Of a stretch of DNA of 14,494 nt, positions 7,050 to 14,494 are shown piece after piece. Below the pieces are notes generated by a model. It was not told the DNA's origin, did not search any database, and worked only from the letters and a program-made list of their open reading frames with translations. This DNA is from Myxococcota bacterium (GTDB lineage Bacteria; Myxococcota; UBA4151): contig JBDQPD010000088.1 in assembly GCA_040260805.1 (NCBI GenBank), positions 1 through 14,494 of the forward strand, read 5' to 3'. Made by a program: the position numbers and the translations under genes. How positions within the stretch are numbered: the stretch's first letter is position 1; the number at the start of each line of letters is the position of its first letter.

Positions 7050-8237
7050 ATGTCCAAAGCCATTACAGCCCGTTTAGCCTCTGAACTCAGCGCAATTCGA
7101 GAGGCTGGTCTTTTCAAAGAAGAGCGCATCATTTTGGGACCGCAAGGTTCACAGATCGCGGTCGGAACCGATGAGGTGCTCAACTTTTGTGCCAACAACT
7201 ACCTCGGGCTCTCCAACGAGGAGACGCTCGTCGGTGCAGCCAAACAAGGCTTAGACGACTTTGGCTTTGGTATGAGCTCTGTTCGCTTCATCTGCGGAAC
7301 GCAAAGTGCCCATAAAAAACTCGAGTCGAAACTGAGTGAATTCCTCGGTTTCGAAGATACGATTCTTTACACGAGCTGCTTTGACGCCAACGGTGGGCTC
7401 TTTGAAACCTTACTCAATAAAGACGATGTGATCATCTCGGACGCGCTCAATCATGCGAGCATCATCGACGGTGTTCGCTTATGTAAAGCGCAACGCGAGC
7501 GCTACCCGAACGCCGACATGGAGGCGCTGGAAGCCGCGCTGATCAAGCACCAAGACAAACGGACTCGCCTGATCACCACCGACGGAATCTTCTCGATGGA
7601 CGGAATCTGCGCGCCGCTTGAAGCCATCTGTGATCTCGCCGACCGCTACGATGCGATCGTTCACGTTGACGACAGTCATGCCACCGGATTTTTTGGTGCA
7701 AAGGGTCGGGGCAGCATCGATCACTGCGGCGTCATGGGACGAGTCGACATCGTGACCAGTACGCTCGGCAAAGCGCTTGGCGGTGCCAGCGGTGGGTTCA
7801 CCTGCGGTAGCCATGAAGTCGTGGCGATGTTGCGGCAGCGCAGTCGCCCTTATCTCTTCTCAAACACTGTGGCCCCAACCATTGTTGCGGCCTCGATCGC
7901 GGCCATTGACCTGCTCAGCGCCAGCACCGAGCGGCGTGATCACCTCGAACAGGTGACCCAGCGGTTCCGCGAGGGGATGGAGGCGGTTGGCTTTGACCTC
8001 GTCCCCGGCGTGCACCCGATCGTTCCGGTGATGCTCGGCGATGCAGCCTTAGCAAGCCGGATGGCTGACGACCTCCTGATCGAGGGCATCTACGTGATCG
8101 GATTTAGCTTCCCGGTGGTGCCGCGCGGTGAAGCGCGGATCCGAGTTCAGCTCTCGGCAGCACACAGCAACGACGAGGTCGATCGAGCCGTCGCAGCGTT
8201 TACTAAGGTCGGCCGCGCTCATGGGGTAATCAGCTAG
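7050..8237 (+). CDS. kbl: Glycine C-acetyltransferase (2-amino-3-ketobutyrate CoA ligase)
   Basis: Motifs [52 protein letters not shown] (PLP lysine), [11 protein letters not shown] and [11 protein letters not shown]. Start moved from 6813 (which would overlap cheX) to the ATG at 7050 with SD AAGGGG, giving 395 aa, the usual Kbl length. Confidence 0.96.
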   Translation: MSKAITARLASELSAIREAGLFKEERIILGPQGSQIAVGTDEVLNFCANNYLGLSNEETLVGAAKQGLDDFGFGMSSVRFICGTQSAHKKLESKLSEFLGFEDTILYTSCFDANGGLFETLLNKDDVIISDALNHASIIDGVRLCKAQRERYPNADMEALEAALIKHQDKRTRLITTDGIFSMDGICAPLEAICDLADRYDAIVHVDDSHATGFFGAKGRGSIDHCGVMGRVDIVTSTLGKALGGASGGFTCGSHEVVAMLRQRSRPYLFSNTVAPTIVAASIAAIDLLSASTERRDHLEQVTQRFREGMEAVGFDLVPGVHPIVPVMLGDAALASRMADDLLIEGIYVIGFSFPVVPRGEARIRVQLSAAHSNDEVDRAVAAFTKVGRAHGVIS

Positions 8238-8252
8238 GCGGATGCGCCTGAT

Positions 8253-10097
8253 TTATGGCGGGGTAAGACGCAACCGATAAGCGCCCGTACGCCCTGCTCC
8301 AAAGAGCCGCACCTCAACCGCGTAGCGAGTGCCCCCGACCAACCGAGCGGTCATTCGGCAATTGCGATCGTCGCCTGCGTCATCGTTGCTCGCAATCTGA
8401 GCGCCCTCATCCGAGAGCAGCTGACAGACGGTGTCGACATCGCTCGAGGTTTCGATGGTCCAGTCGCCATCACGACTGGCAAAGAAATGAAAGTAATCTC
8501 GGTCACCATCGAGTTCGATCACCCCCGGTGTCGAGCCATGATCACCGATCAGCGTCGCCGCGCTGACGCCGTTGCCATGATCATCACTCGGCGAGCCCTC
8601 AGGTGCGGACAAAAAGAACCAGTACGAGCCGGTGCCCTCCGCATCGCTGTGGCTGATTGCGAAGAAATACGTGGTCCCGGCATCGAGCCGACGCTCAATT
8701 TCACAATTCCATAGAATCCCGGAGTTGTCGTCGCTGTCGAGCTCGGCGCCGCGAAGGCTCAGCAAGCGGCACATCGTGTCCGAGATGCCCACCGTGCGCA
8801 GTTGATAAACACCCGTAAACTGAGCTGTAAAACCGAACACATCCACGTCGCCAGCGGAACCGATCGAACCCGAAGTTGAGGTCTCAGAACCCAGCACAGA
8901 GGAGGTCTCGATCGTGTTCCCATGATCATCAGGCGTGGGCGGCGGAACCACAACTAGCTCATAGTTGCCAGTGCGCGTCCCAAAGCTCTCGACCTTGACG
9001 AAGTAGTCGCGATTCGCTTGTAGACTTCGCTCAATTCGGCAGTTCAGCGCGTCGCCACTGTCGTCATCATTAGTGACCTCTTCACCGGCTAAATACAGCG
9101 CACAGGTCGTGTCTAACTCGCCGCGCGTGCTGATCACCCATTGGCCTGCGCTTTGGGTCCGAAAACGGAACCAGTCGACGTCATTGGATTCATGGATCTC
9201 ACCGGGCGTAAAGCGGCCGGTTCGAATCCCCGTCGCTCCTGCGCGCTCGTCGGCATGATCATCGACGGGCGCGGTGGTCACGGTGACCTCAACCGATCGG
9301 CTGGTGAGGCCAGAGGCTTGATCGGTGGCCTCGATCCGAAACGCACCCGCTCGAGTCGACCGAGCGGTCTGCCAGACTGCGGTCACCGAACCATCCTCAC
9401 CTGCAACCGCCTCAAGCTCAATCGGCTGCAACCCGCCACTGCTGACCACAAAGCGAGCGCTCCCCATCGCGGTAAAGCCAGTTCCAGTCAGGTTAACAGG
9501 CTCTCCTGCTGCGACACGTAATGGATCGGCGCTGAACTCGGGCGCCACCGACGGAGCCGAAATAGCCTCAATAAACAGCATGTAGTCACCGGTCCCCGAG
9601 GCGCTAAAATGCTCGACCTGAACATAGTAGTCAGCACCTGAGACCAACGCTTGCTCCATTCGGCAGTTGAGCGCGTCGCCGCTGTCGTCATCGTCAGCGA
9701 CAGGCTCACCATCTGCGTCGTAGAGCCCACATTTCGTATCGGTCTGCCCGCGCGTCTCAACCCTGTGAAGATCAGCGACTCCAGCGGTAAAAACAAACCA
9801 GTCACTGTCCGAATCACCATCGAGCAAACCGGCGATACCCTGCCCCGGGCTCAATCGGCTTCCGCCCACTCTCGAGTCCGAGTGATCATCGGACGGTCGA
9901 GGTATGCCCGTGTCAGCAGGACCTGTATCCGGCTTGGTGTCGCCGGCATCAGTGACCACTCCGGCATCAGCTACCGGTTCAACGGCCCCAGCGCCGGCAT
10001 CAAAACCGCCCGTAATCCGGTTGCCGTCAAGCGGCTCCATCTGACCGCAAGCGGTCATCATCAACACCAAAGCGCCTGAAGCTAGCAGCCGATCCAT
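8253..10097 (-). CDS. Putative lipoprotein with four PPC-like (pre-peptidase C-terminal) beta-sandwich repeats and one Ig-like domain; no catalytic domain seen
   Basis: Signal II-like N-terminus MDRLLASGALVLMMTA|C, then a DAG/DTG-rich linker. Four ~105-aa repeats with consensus DDH...G.I....D.D(W/Y/V)F.F......T....DTxC.L......DD.G...NC......L.....Y...V......TG.Y, starting at 9890, 9263, 8930 and 8585. SD GGAG upstream. Confidence 0.8.
   Translation of the reverse strand: MDRLLASGALVLMMTACGQMEPLDGNRITGGFDAGAGAVEPVADAGVVTDAGDTKPDTGPADTGIPRPSDDHSDSRVGGSRLSPGQGIAGLLDGDSDSDWFVFTAGVADLHRVETRGQTDTKCGLYDADGEPVADDDDSGDALNCRMEQALVSGADYYVQVEHFSASGTGDYMLFIEAISAPSVAPEFSADPLRVAAGEPVNLTGTGFTAMGSARFVVSSGGLQPIELEAVAGEDGSVTAVWQTARSTRAGAFRIEATDQASGLTSRSVEVTVTTAPVDDHADERAGATGIRTGRFTPGEIHESNDVDWFRFRTQSAGQWVISTRGELDTTCALYLAGEEVTNDDDSGDALNCRIERSLQANRDYFVKVESFGTRTGNYELVVVPPPTPDDHGNTIETSSVLGSETSTSGSIGSAGDVDVFGFTAQFTGVYQLRTVGISDTMCRLLSLRGAELDSDDNSGILWNCEIERRLDAGTTYFFAISHSDAEGTGSYWFFLSAPEGSPSDDHGNGVSAATLIGDHGSTPGVIELDGDRDYFHFFASRDGDWTIETSSDVDTVCQLLSDEGAQIASNDDAGDDRNCRMTARLVGGTRYAVEVRLFGAGRTGAYRLRLTPP
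9034..9692. repeat. 35-bp direct repeat shared by PPC-like repeats 1 and 2 (encodes DDSGDALNCR)
   Basis: ATTCGGCAGTT[C/G]AGCGCGTCGCC[A/G]CTGTCGTCATC at 9034-9068 and 9658-9692, 33 of 35 identical, 624 bp apart and in frame. Confidence 0.85.
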
Positions 10098-10115
10098 GTG
10101 TCATCTCCAGGGGAG

Positions 10116-10144
10116 AGCATACCGCCGCTAAGGCATGGGTGCCA
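10116..10144 (-). promoter_or_regulatory. Possible promoter for the lipoprotein gene in the 49-bp gap after polA
   Basis: Minus strand TGGCAC (10139-10144), 17-bp spacer, TATGCT (10116-10121), then GGAG and the ATG at 10097. Confidence 0.35.
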
Positions 10145-10146
10145 GT

Positions 10147-12879
10147 TCAATGCGCTTGACCCCAATGGGCGCCATGTCCAACGTCAACAACCAGTGGCAC
10201 GCGCAGCTGAACCGCGCCCTCCATGGCTTCGCGCACCGCAGTCAGCGTGGCGCCGAGCTCAGCCTCGGGTGCTTCGAGCACCAGCTCATCATGAACGGTG
10301 AGCAACAAACGCACGTTCGGGTGGTCCCGGTCCAAACGATCTTGCAGCGACACCATCGCCATCTTCAGGATATCGGCTGCGCTGCCTTGAACCGGCGTGT
10401 TGATCGCAATGCGCTCGCCTTGCGCCACGTCGCGCTTCGAGCTCGAGCGCATCTCGGGGATGGGTCGACGACGCCCGTATAAGGTCACCGCACACCCTTC
10501 GGCGTGCGCTTGTTTGATGCAGTTTTCATGGAATCGACGCACGCCAGCATAGCGCTCATGAAACGTCTGCAGATACTCTTGGGCTTGGGGGCGCGGGATG
10601 CCCAATTCGGAGGCGAGCCTAAAGGCGCCCATCCCATACACGATCCCAAAATTGATCGCTTTCGCATCTCGGCGTTGATCAGGGGTGACCAAGAGTGGCG
10701 GCACCCCAAAGAGCTCGGAGGCGGTGCGGCGGTGAATATCCTCGCCCTGACTAAAAGCGTCGATCAGGATCTTATCTCCGCTCATGTGCGCCAGCACCCG
10801 CAGCTCAACCTGACTATAATCAGCGCTGATTAAGACGTGACCGGGCTGTGCGCTAAACGCTTGGCGAACACGTCGCCCCTCGGCCGTGCGAATCGGAATG
10901 TTCTGAAGGTTGGGATCGGCCGACGCCAAACGTCCGGTCGCCGTCCGGGTTTGGAGATAACGTGTGTGCAATCGACCATCCGGACCGATCGCTTTGGGCA
11001 GGACCTCAGCATACGTGCTGCGCAGTTTGGCATCATGGCGCCACTCCAGCAGCACCTTCGGCAGCTCATGACCTTGATCAGCGAGCTTCTCCAGCACCGA
11101 CGCATCGGTAGAAGGCCCGGACTTCGTCTTCTTGAGCACCGGCAATTCAAGCTTGGTGAACAAGATCTCGCCGACCTGCTTTGGAGAGCCAAGATTAAAG
11201 GCTTCGCCAGCCAGCTCCTGAGCCTTCGCCTGAGCACGCTCGAGGCGCTCTGCAAGCTCAGCGCTCAGCTCGGTTAGCACGTCAAGGTTAAGGCCGATGC
11301 CCACGTCTTCCATACGGCTTAAGACTCGACTGAGCGGCAATTCGACCTGCTCGTAGAGTCGAGCGAAGCCGCCTGCGCGCAGTTCGGGCTCCATCTGCAA
11401 GGCAAGACGCAGCGTCGCATCGGCGTCTTCGGCGGCATAAGTGCAGGCTTTGTCCAGATCGACGTAGCCGAAATGAGGCACATCGGCGGCGACTGAATTA
11501 TAAGGCAGCATATCGTGCCCAAGTCGCTGCCTGGCTAAATCATCCAACTTCAGATTTCGAGCGACCGGGTCGATGAGATAGCCGGCGATCATCGGGTCGC
11601 CATCAGGCGCTTTCGCTTGCAGTCCTGCGGCGCTCATCATGCGCGCATCAAACTTCCAGTTCTGAGCGTACTGTTTGAGTCGCTCGTCCGTCAGCAGTCG
11701 CCCCACTAAGCTACGAACCATCCGCCATTGCAGTTGATCGAGACGGCGCTCGCCGTGTTCATCGACATGATCAAAGGGTACGTAGACGGCTTCGCCAGGT
11801 CCCCAGGCCAGACTCAATCCGACCATATGATCGGTCGCTGGATTCAACCCTGTGGTTTCCGTATCCCAGGCAAAGGCTCCAGCCTGACGAATCGAATCGC
11901 AGACCGACAGCAACTCCTTAGCGTCTCGAATCAATCGATAGCCCGAACGATCCAGCCCCCCTTCGGCGATCGCCTCTGCGGCGCGACTCTCACGCGCTGT
12001 GTTCAACAAGCGATGACGCTGTAAGCGACGAAAACCCAGCTTATCAAAGAAGGGTGAGACGCGAGCAGGGTCCAAGCCAGCCCAATGAAACTTGTCGTTA
12101 TCATACTCGAGCGGTCCGTCGTCTCGAAGGGTGACGAGCTCTAAGGATACCCGCGCCAGATCAGCATGCTCTTGAAGCCGCTCACGCCGCTTGGTTTGCT
12201 TGATGAGTGGCTTGCCCTTGTCGTCCACCTCGTTCGCTGCGGCGAGGATACCTTCGAGCGTTCCGTACTCCTCGAGCAACAACGCAGCGGTCTTGACGCC
12301 GATCCCATGAACTCCCGGTACATTGTCCGAGCTGTCGCCCGCCAAGGCTTGGATCTCAACCACCTGATCGGGGCGACAACCAAACTTCTCACGGACGTAC
12401 TCATCGTCGATCCAGCGCTGCTTCATCGGGTCGAGCATACGAACGCCGGGCCGGATCAACTGCATCAAATCTTTATCTGCGCTGATCACCACCACCTCTT
12501 GCCCGTTCTCAAGAGCTTTAGTGGCGGCGGTGGCGATCAAATCATCCGCTTCCCAGCCGGCGGCTTCCACGCGGTGCAAGCCGAAGGCGTCGGTAGCCTC
12601 TCGAATCAAGGCAAACTGCGGAACCAGATCTTCAGGGGCTGGAGGCCGGTTCGCCTTGTAGTCAGGGTAGATGTCGTGCCGAAACCCAGGTCCCTTGGTG
12701 TCAAAGGCGACGACGATCTGCTCGGGCTTAAAGTCCGCGAGCAAGGACAGGATCATGCTCGAGTAACCAAAGACCGCATTGACTGGCGTACCATCAGCCG
12801 AGGTCATCGACCGGATCGCGAAATAGCCCCGGAAAATATAGCCAGAACCATCAACAAGAATAAGCGTGGGCTTGTCCAA
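10147..12879 (-). CDS. polA: DNA polymerase I (5'-3' exonuclease, intact 3'-5' exonuclease and polymerase domains)
   Basis: 5'-3' exonuclease: LVDGSGYIFRGYFA, YKANR, EADD, LAGDSSDNVPGV. 3'-5' exonuclease: ExoI DTETTGL, ExoII QNWKFD, ExoIII YAAEDAD. Polymerase: TATGRLAS.DPNLQNIP, motif A ADYSQVELR, motif B RRDAKAINFGIVYG, motif C VHDE. TTG start with GGAGG 6 nt upstream. Confidence 0.98.
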   Translation of the reverse strand: MDKPTLILVDGSGYIFRGYFAIRSMTSADGTPVNAVFGYSSMILSLLADFKPEQIVVAFDTKGPGFRHDIYPDYKANRPPAPEDLVPQFALIREATDAFGLHRVEAAGWEADDLIATAATKALENGQEVVVISADKDLMQLIRPGVRMLDPMKQRWIDDEYVREKFGCRPDQVVEIQALAGDSSDNVPGVHGIGVKTAALLLEEYGTLEGILAAANEVDDKGKPLIKQTKRRERLQEHADLARVSLELVTLRDDGPLEYDNDKFHWAGLDPARVSPFFDKLGFRRLQRHRLLNTARESRAAEAIAEGGLDRSGYRLIRDAKELLSVCDSIRQAGAFAWDTETTGLNPATDHMVGLSLAWGPGEAVYVPFDHVDEHGERRLDQLQWRMVRSLVGRLLTDERLKQYAQNWKFDARMMSAAGLQAKAPDGDPMIAGYLIDPVARNLKLDDLARQRLGHDMLPYNSVAADVPHFGYVDLDKACTYAAEDADATLRLALQMEPELRAGGFARLYEQVELPLSRVLSRMEDVGIGLNLDVLTELSAELAERLERAQAKAQELAGEAFNLGSPKQVGEILFTKLELPVLKKTKSGPSTDASVLEKLADQGHELPKVLLEWRHDAKLRSTYAEVLPKAIGPDGRLHTRYLQTRTATGRLASADPNLQNIPIRTAEGRRVRQAFSAQPGHVLISADYSQVELRVLAHMSGDKILIDAFSQGEDIHRRTASELFGVPPLLVTPDQRRDAKAINFGIVYGMGAFRLASELGIPRPQAQEYLQTFHERYAGVRRFHENCIKQAHAEGCAVTLYGRRRPIPEMRSSSKRDVAQGERIAINTPVQGSAADILKMAMVSLQDRLDRDHPNVRLLLTVHDELVLEAPEAELGATLTAVREAMEGAVQLRVPLVVDVGHGAHWGQAH

Positions 12880-12953
12880 AGGAAGCCTCCCGTAGGCACG
12901 GCTTAGCAGAACTTTCGGCTGCTGGAAGGCCCACCTTTCGCTGGGCGATAAGC

Positions 12954-13577
12954 TTAGGGTGTAATTGGGCTGGGCTGCTTGAGTAATTCTGGGATGGCCG
13001 AGGGGCTCAGTTTGGGCAGCGCCCTTGGCGTCCCAAGAATGTTCGGTTTGGCGTCAAAGCCTCTCGCCATCAGGATCATCCGCCCCGCTAGTTTCCCCTC
13101 AAAGCGAACGACGTTCATCGGCATCAAGGTCTGGTCGATGCACGCAATACCCTGGACGCTCTCCACCTCCTGACAACGAAAAGTGCCCGCTGGAACTTTG
13201 ATACGCTTCCATTTTTTTGCCCGCGCCTTGGGTATTTTGCTGACATCCATCGTTCCCGTCTCGGGTAACGACAGCTTTAAGTCCGGCATCAACAAAACGG
13301 CGCCTTGATCACCAAGCTGCGCGATCTGCCGGGTGCGACGTCCATCGACCAGAAGATCGTATCCAAAGCGCGCCAGCCGCCCACCTTTTAAAATTTCGAT
13401 CTCAATCCGGCGGCGGCCCTCGGCGTCGCCACCGACCACGGCGTAACGAATCCGGCTGTCCGGCTGGTCGGGCAGCGACCAGCGATAGTCAACCCATGCA
13501 CCAACGGCCGGCGCTCGCGGCGGCTCGGCTGCCTTCGGAGCAGCGAGCAACAGGGCCAGCGCACCAGCGGTGATCAG
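12954..13577 (-). CDS. Hypothetical, probably exported protein with a VPAGTF motif; start uncertain (CTG 13577 or TTG 13550)
   Basis: The ORF fills the pmbA-polA gap on the same strand. It contains GAWVDY and KVPAGTFRC, a motif of small beta-sheet envelope proteins (DUF3108-like, by recollection). In-frame upstream codons add LITAGALAL to give a full hydrophobic signal peptide. Confidence 0.7.
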   Translation of the reverse strand: MITAGALALLLAAPKAAEPPRAPAVGAWVDYRWSLPDQPDSRIRYAVVGGDAEGRRRIEIEILKGGRLARFGYDLLVDGRRTRQIAQLGDQGAVLLMPDLKLSLPETGTMDVSKIPKARAKKWKRIKVPAGTFRCQEVESVQGIACIDQTLMPMNVVRFEGKLAGRMILMARGFDAKPNILGTPRALPKLSPSAIPELLKQPSPITP

Positions 13578-14494
13578 GAGACGCTGCCTTGCTTACTGGT
13601 GAAGTGGAAATCGCGCAGCAGCACCGAAGGGACGACCACAGAGCCGCCATCGCGCCAGCCACTCGAGACCGCGGTCAGCAGCTCGGTGAGCCCTTCGCAG
13701 CGGCTAAACGCCTCGAGAATCGATTCGGTAAAGCGCATCGTGGCAAAACCACCGACGGGTTTTCCGTCTTCGACGTACAAACATCCATCTCGTGTCAGGC
13801 CGGTCATCGTCGCCTTGGGCGGATCGAGTAAGCCGTTCACGTAATGGAACCGGTTGACCCAAATCCCGCGCTTTAGACCCGAGACCATCTGATCGAGGCT
13901 TTGGTCGCCGCCGAGCATGTGCAGATGGTTGACCTGCTCACCGCCAGATCCATCGGAGTGCCCCGTCGACGCGCAGCCCTTACGCGCTGCAGAGGCTGCC
14001 GAGTAGACCACCTCTCCGCCCCGTCCTTGCTCGATAAAAGTGACCCGCTCGGGTTGCTTGCCCTCCCCATCAAAGCGAGCGCTCAAGCCTAGTCCGCAGG
14101 GTTTGCTCGCGTCGTCAAAGACCGTGATGTTGGAACCGGTCACCATCGATCCCGGTCCGGCTTTGAGGAATGAGGTGCCGTCCTCGACGCTCTGCGCGGT
14201 GAACGCAATACCGCTCATCCACTCGAGCAGCTCGGCGACAGCGTGCGGCTCGAGGATCACATCGTAGCGACCCACATCAAGCTCGACTCGCTGACTCGCC
14301 AGCTTCGCCTTTTCCATCGACGAGCCGCACAGCGCGTGAAGATCCAGATGCTCGAGATCCGAGCTGATCGAGTGGCTGTAGCCAGATGCCAGGGGGCTCT
14401 GGCTGATAAACTGAACTTTGCCGACGGTGCCTTCTTCGCTCAAGACAGCGCCTCGGCTGCTCAACAGCGTTCGACTGGTCGTCCCGCTCGACAC
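13574..14494 (-). CDS. TldD/PmbA family protein (PmbA/TldE-like subunit), 5' end outside the window
   Basis: Motifs GRYDVILEPHAVAELL, ITVFDD, FDGEG, STGH, GIWVNRFHYVN, TGLTRDG, VEDGK and MRFTES. No HExxxH at the expected position, so it is not the catalytic TldD subunit. The frame is open to the window edge. Confidence 0.88.
   Translation of the reverse strand: MSSGTTSRTLLSSRGAVLSEEGTVGKVQFISQSPLASGYSHSISSDLEHLDLHALCGSSMEKAKLASQRVELDVGRYDVILEPHAVAELLEWMSGIAFTAQSVEDGTSFLKAGPGSMVTGSNITVFDDASKPCGLGLSARFDGEGKQPERVTFIEQGRGGEVVYSAASAARKGCASTGHSDGSGGEQVNHLHMLGGDQSLDQMVSGLKRGIWVNRFHYVNGLLDPPKATMTGLTRDGCLYVEDGKPVGGFATMRFTESILEAFSRCEGLTELLTAVSSGWRDGGSVVVPSVLLRDFHFTSKQGSVS

Noticed and set aside
8253..10097. 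Lipoprotein repeats as a CRISPR array or a diversity-generating retroelement TR/VR pair
   Set aside because: The repeats are in-frame protein domains, only two copies share 35 bp, the mismatches are not adenine-specific on the coding strand, and no cas or reverse transcriptase gene is present.
10126..10145. Sigma54 promoter (CTGGCAC) upstream of the lipoprotein gene
   Set aside because: There is no GC ten bases after the GG (the sequence reads TGGCAC-CCATG-CCTT), so the -12 element is missing.
12166..12906. 246-aa plus-strand ORF antisense to polA, and the other 60-146 aa ORFs overlapping called genes
   Set aside because: These are shadow ORFs expected in GC-rich coding DNA. They have no recognisable motifs and lie over well-supported genes.
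12880..12953. c-di-GMP-I (GEMM) riboswitch or SRP RNA in the polA upstream gap
   Set aside because: The GAAA hairpin is superficially GEMM-like but lacks the GGCAAA and GACGCAAA elements. The SRP core CAGG..GGAA..AGCAG is not seen here or in the other gaps.

Overview
This is a densely coding, GC-rich (roughly 59% by eye) bacterial chromosomal segment that is mostly housekeeping; the gene styles suggest Myxococcota/deltaproteobacteria, which is inference. Gene order: 3' end of hemB (+); stand-alone NfuA/NifU-C Fe-S carrier (-); cystathionine beta-synthase with a CBS-domain pair (+); YtcJ-like amidohydrolase 3 (-); cystathionine gamma-lyase/synthase (+), tightly coupled to ffh (+); orphan CheX-like protein (-); kbl (+); a non-catalytic lipoprotein with four Cys-paired PPC-like repeats (-); polA (-); a probably exported hypothetical protein (-); and the 3' part of a PmbA/TldE-family gene (-). 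I saw no rRNA, tRNA, CRISPR array, transposase or phage gene, and I cannot claim a clear new multi-gene system. The best leads are (1) a CheX homologue whose catalytic ExxN appears replaced by DxxT, (2) an uncharacterised amidohydrolase wedged between the CBS and CGL genes, (3) a structured nfuA leader with an anti-SD and an Irr/ICE-like box, (4) the Cys-paired PPC-repeat lipoprotein, and (5) a probable non-canonical CTG start overlapping the pmbA stop.
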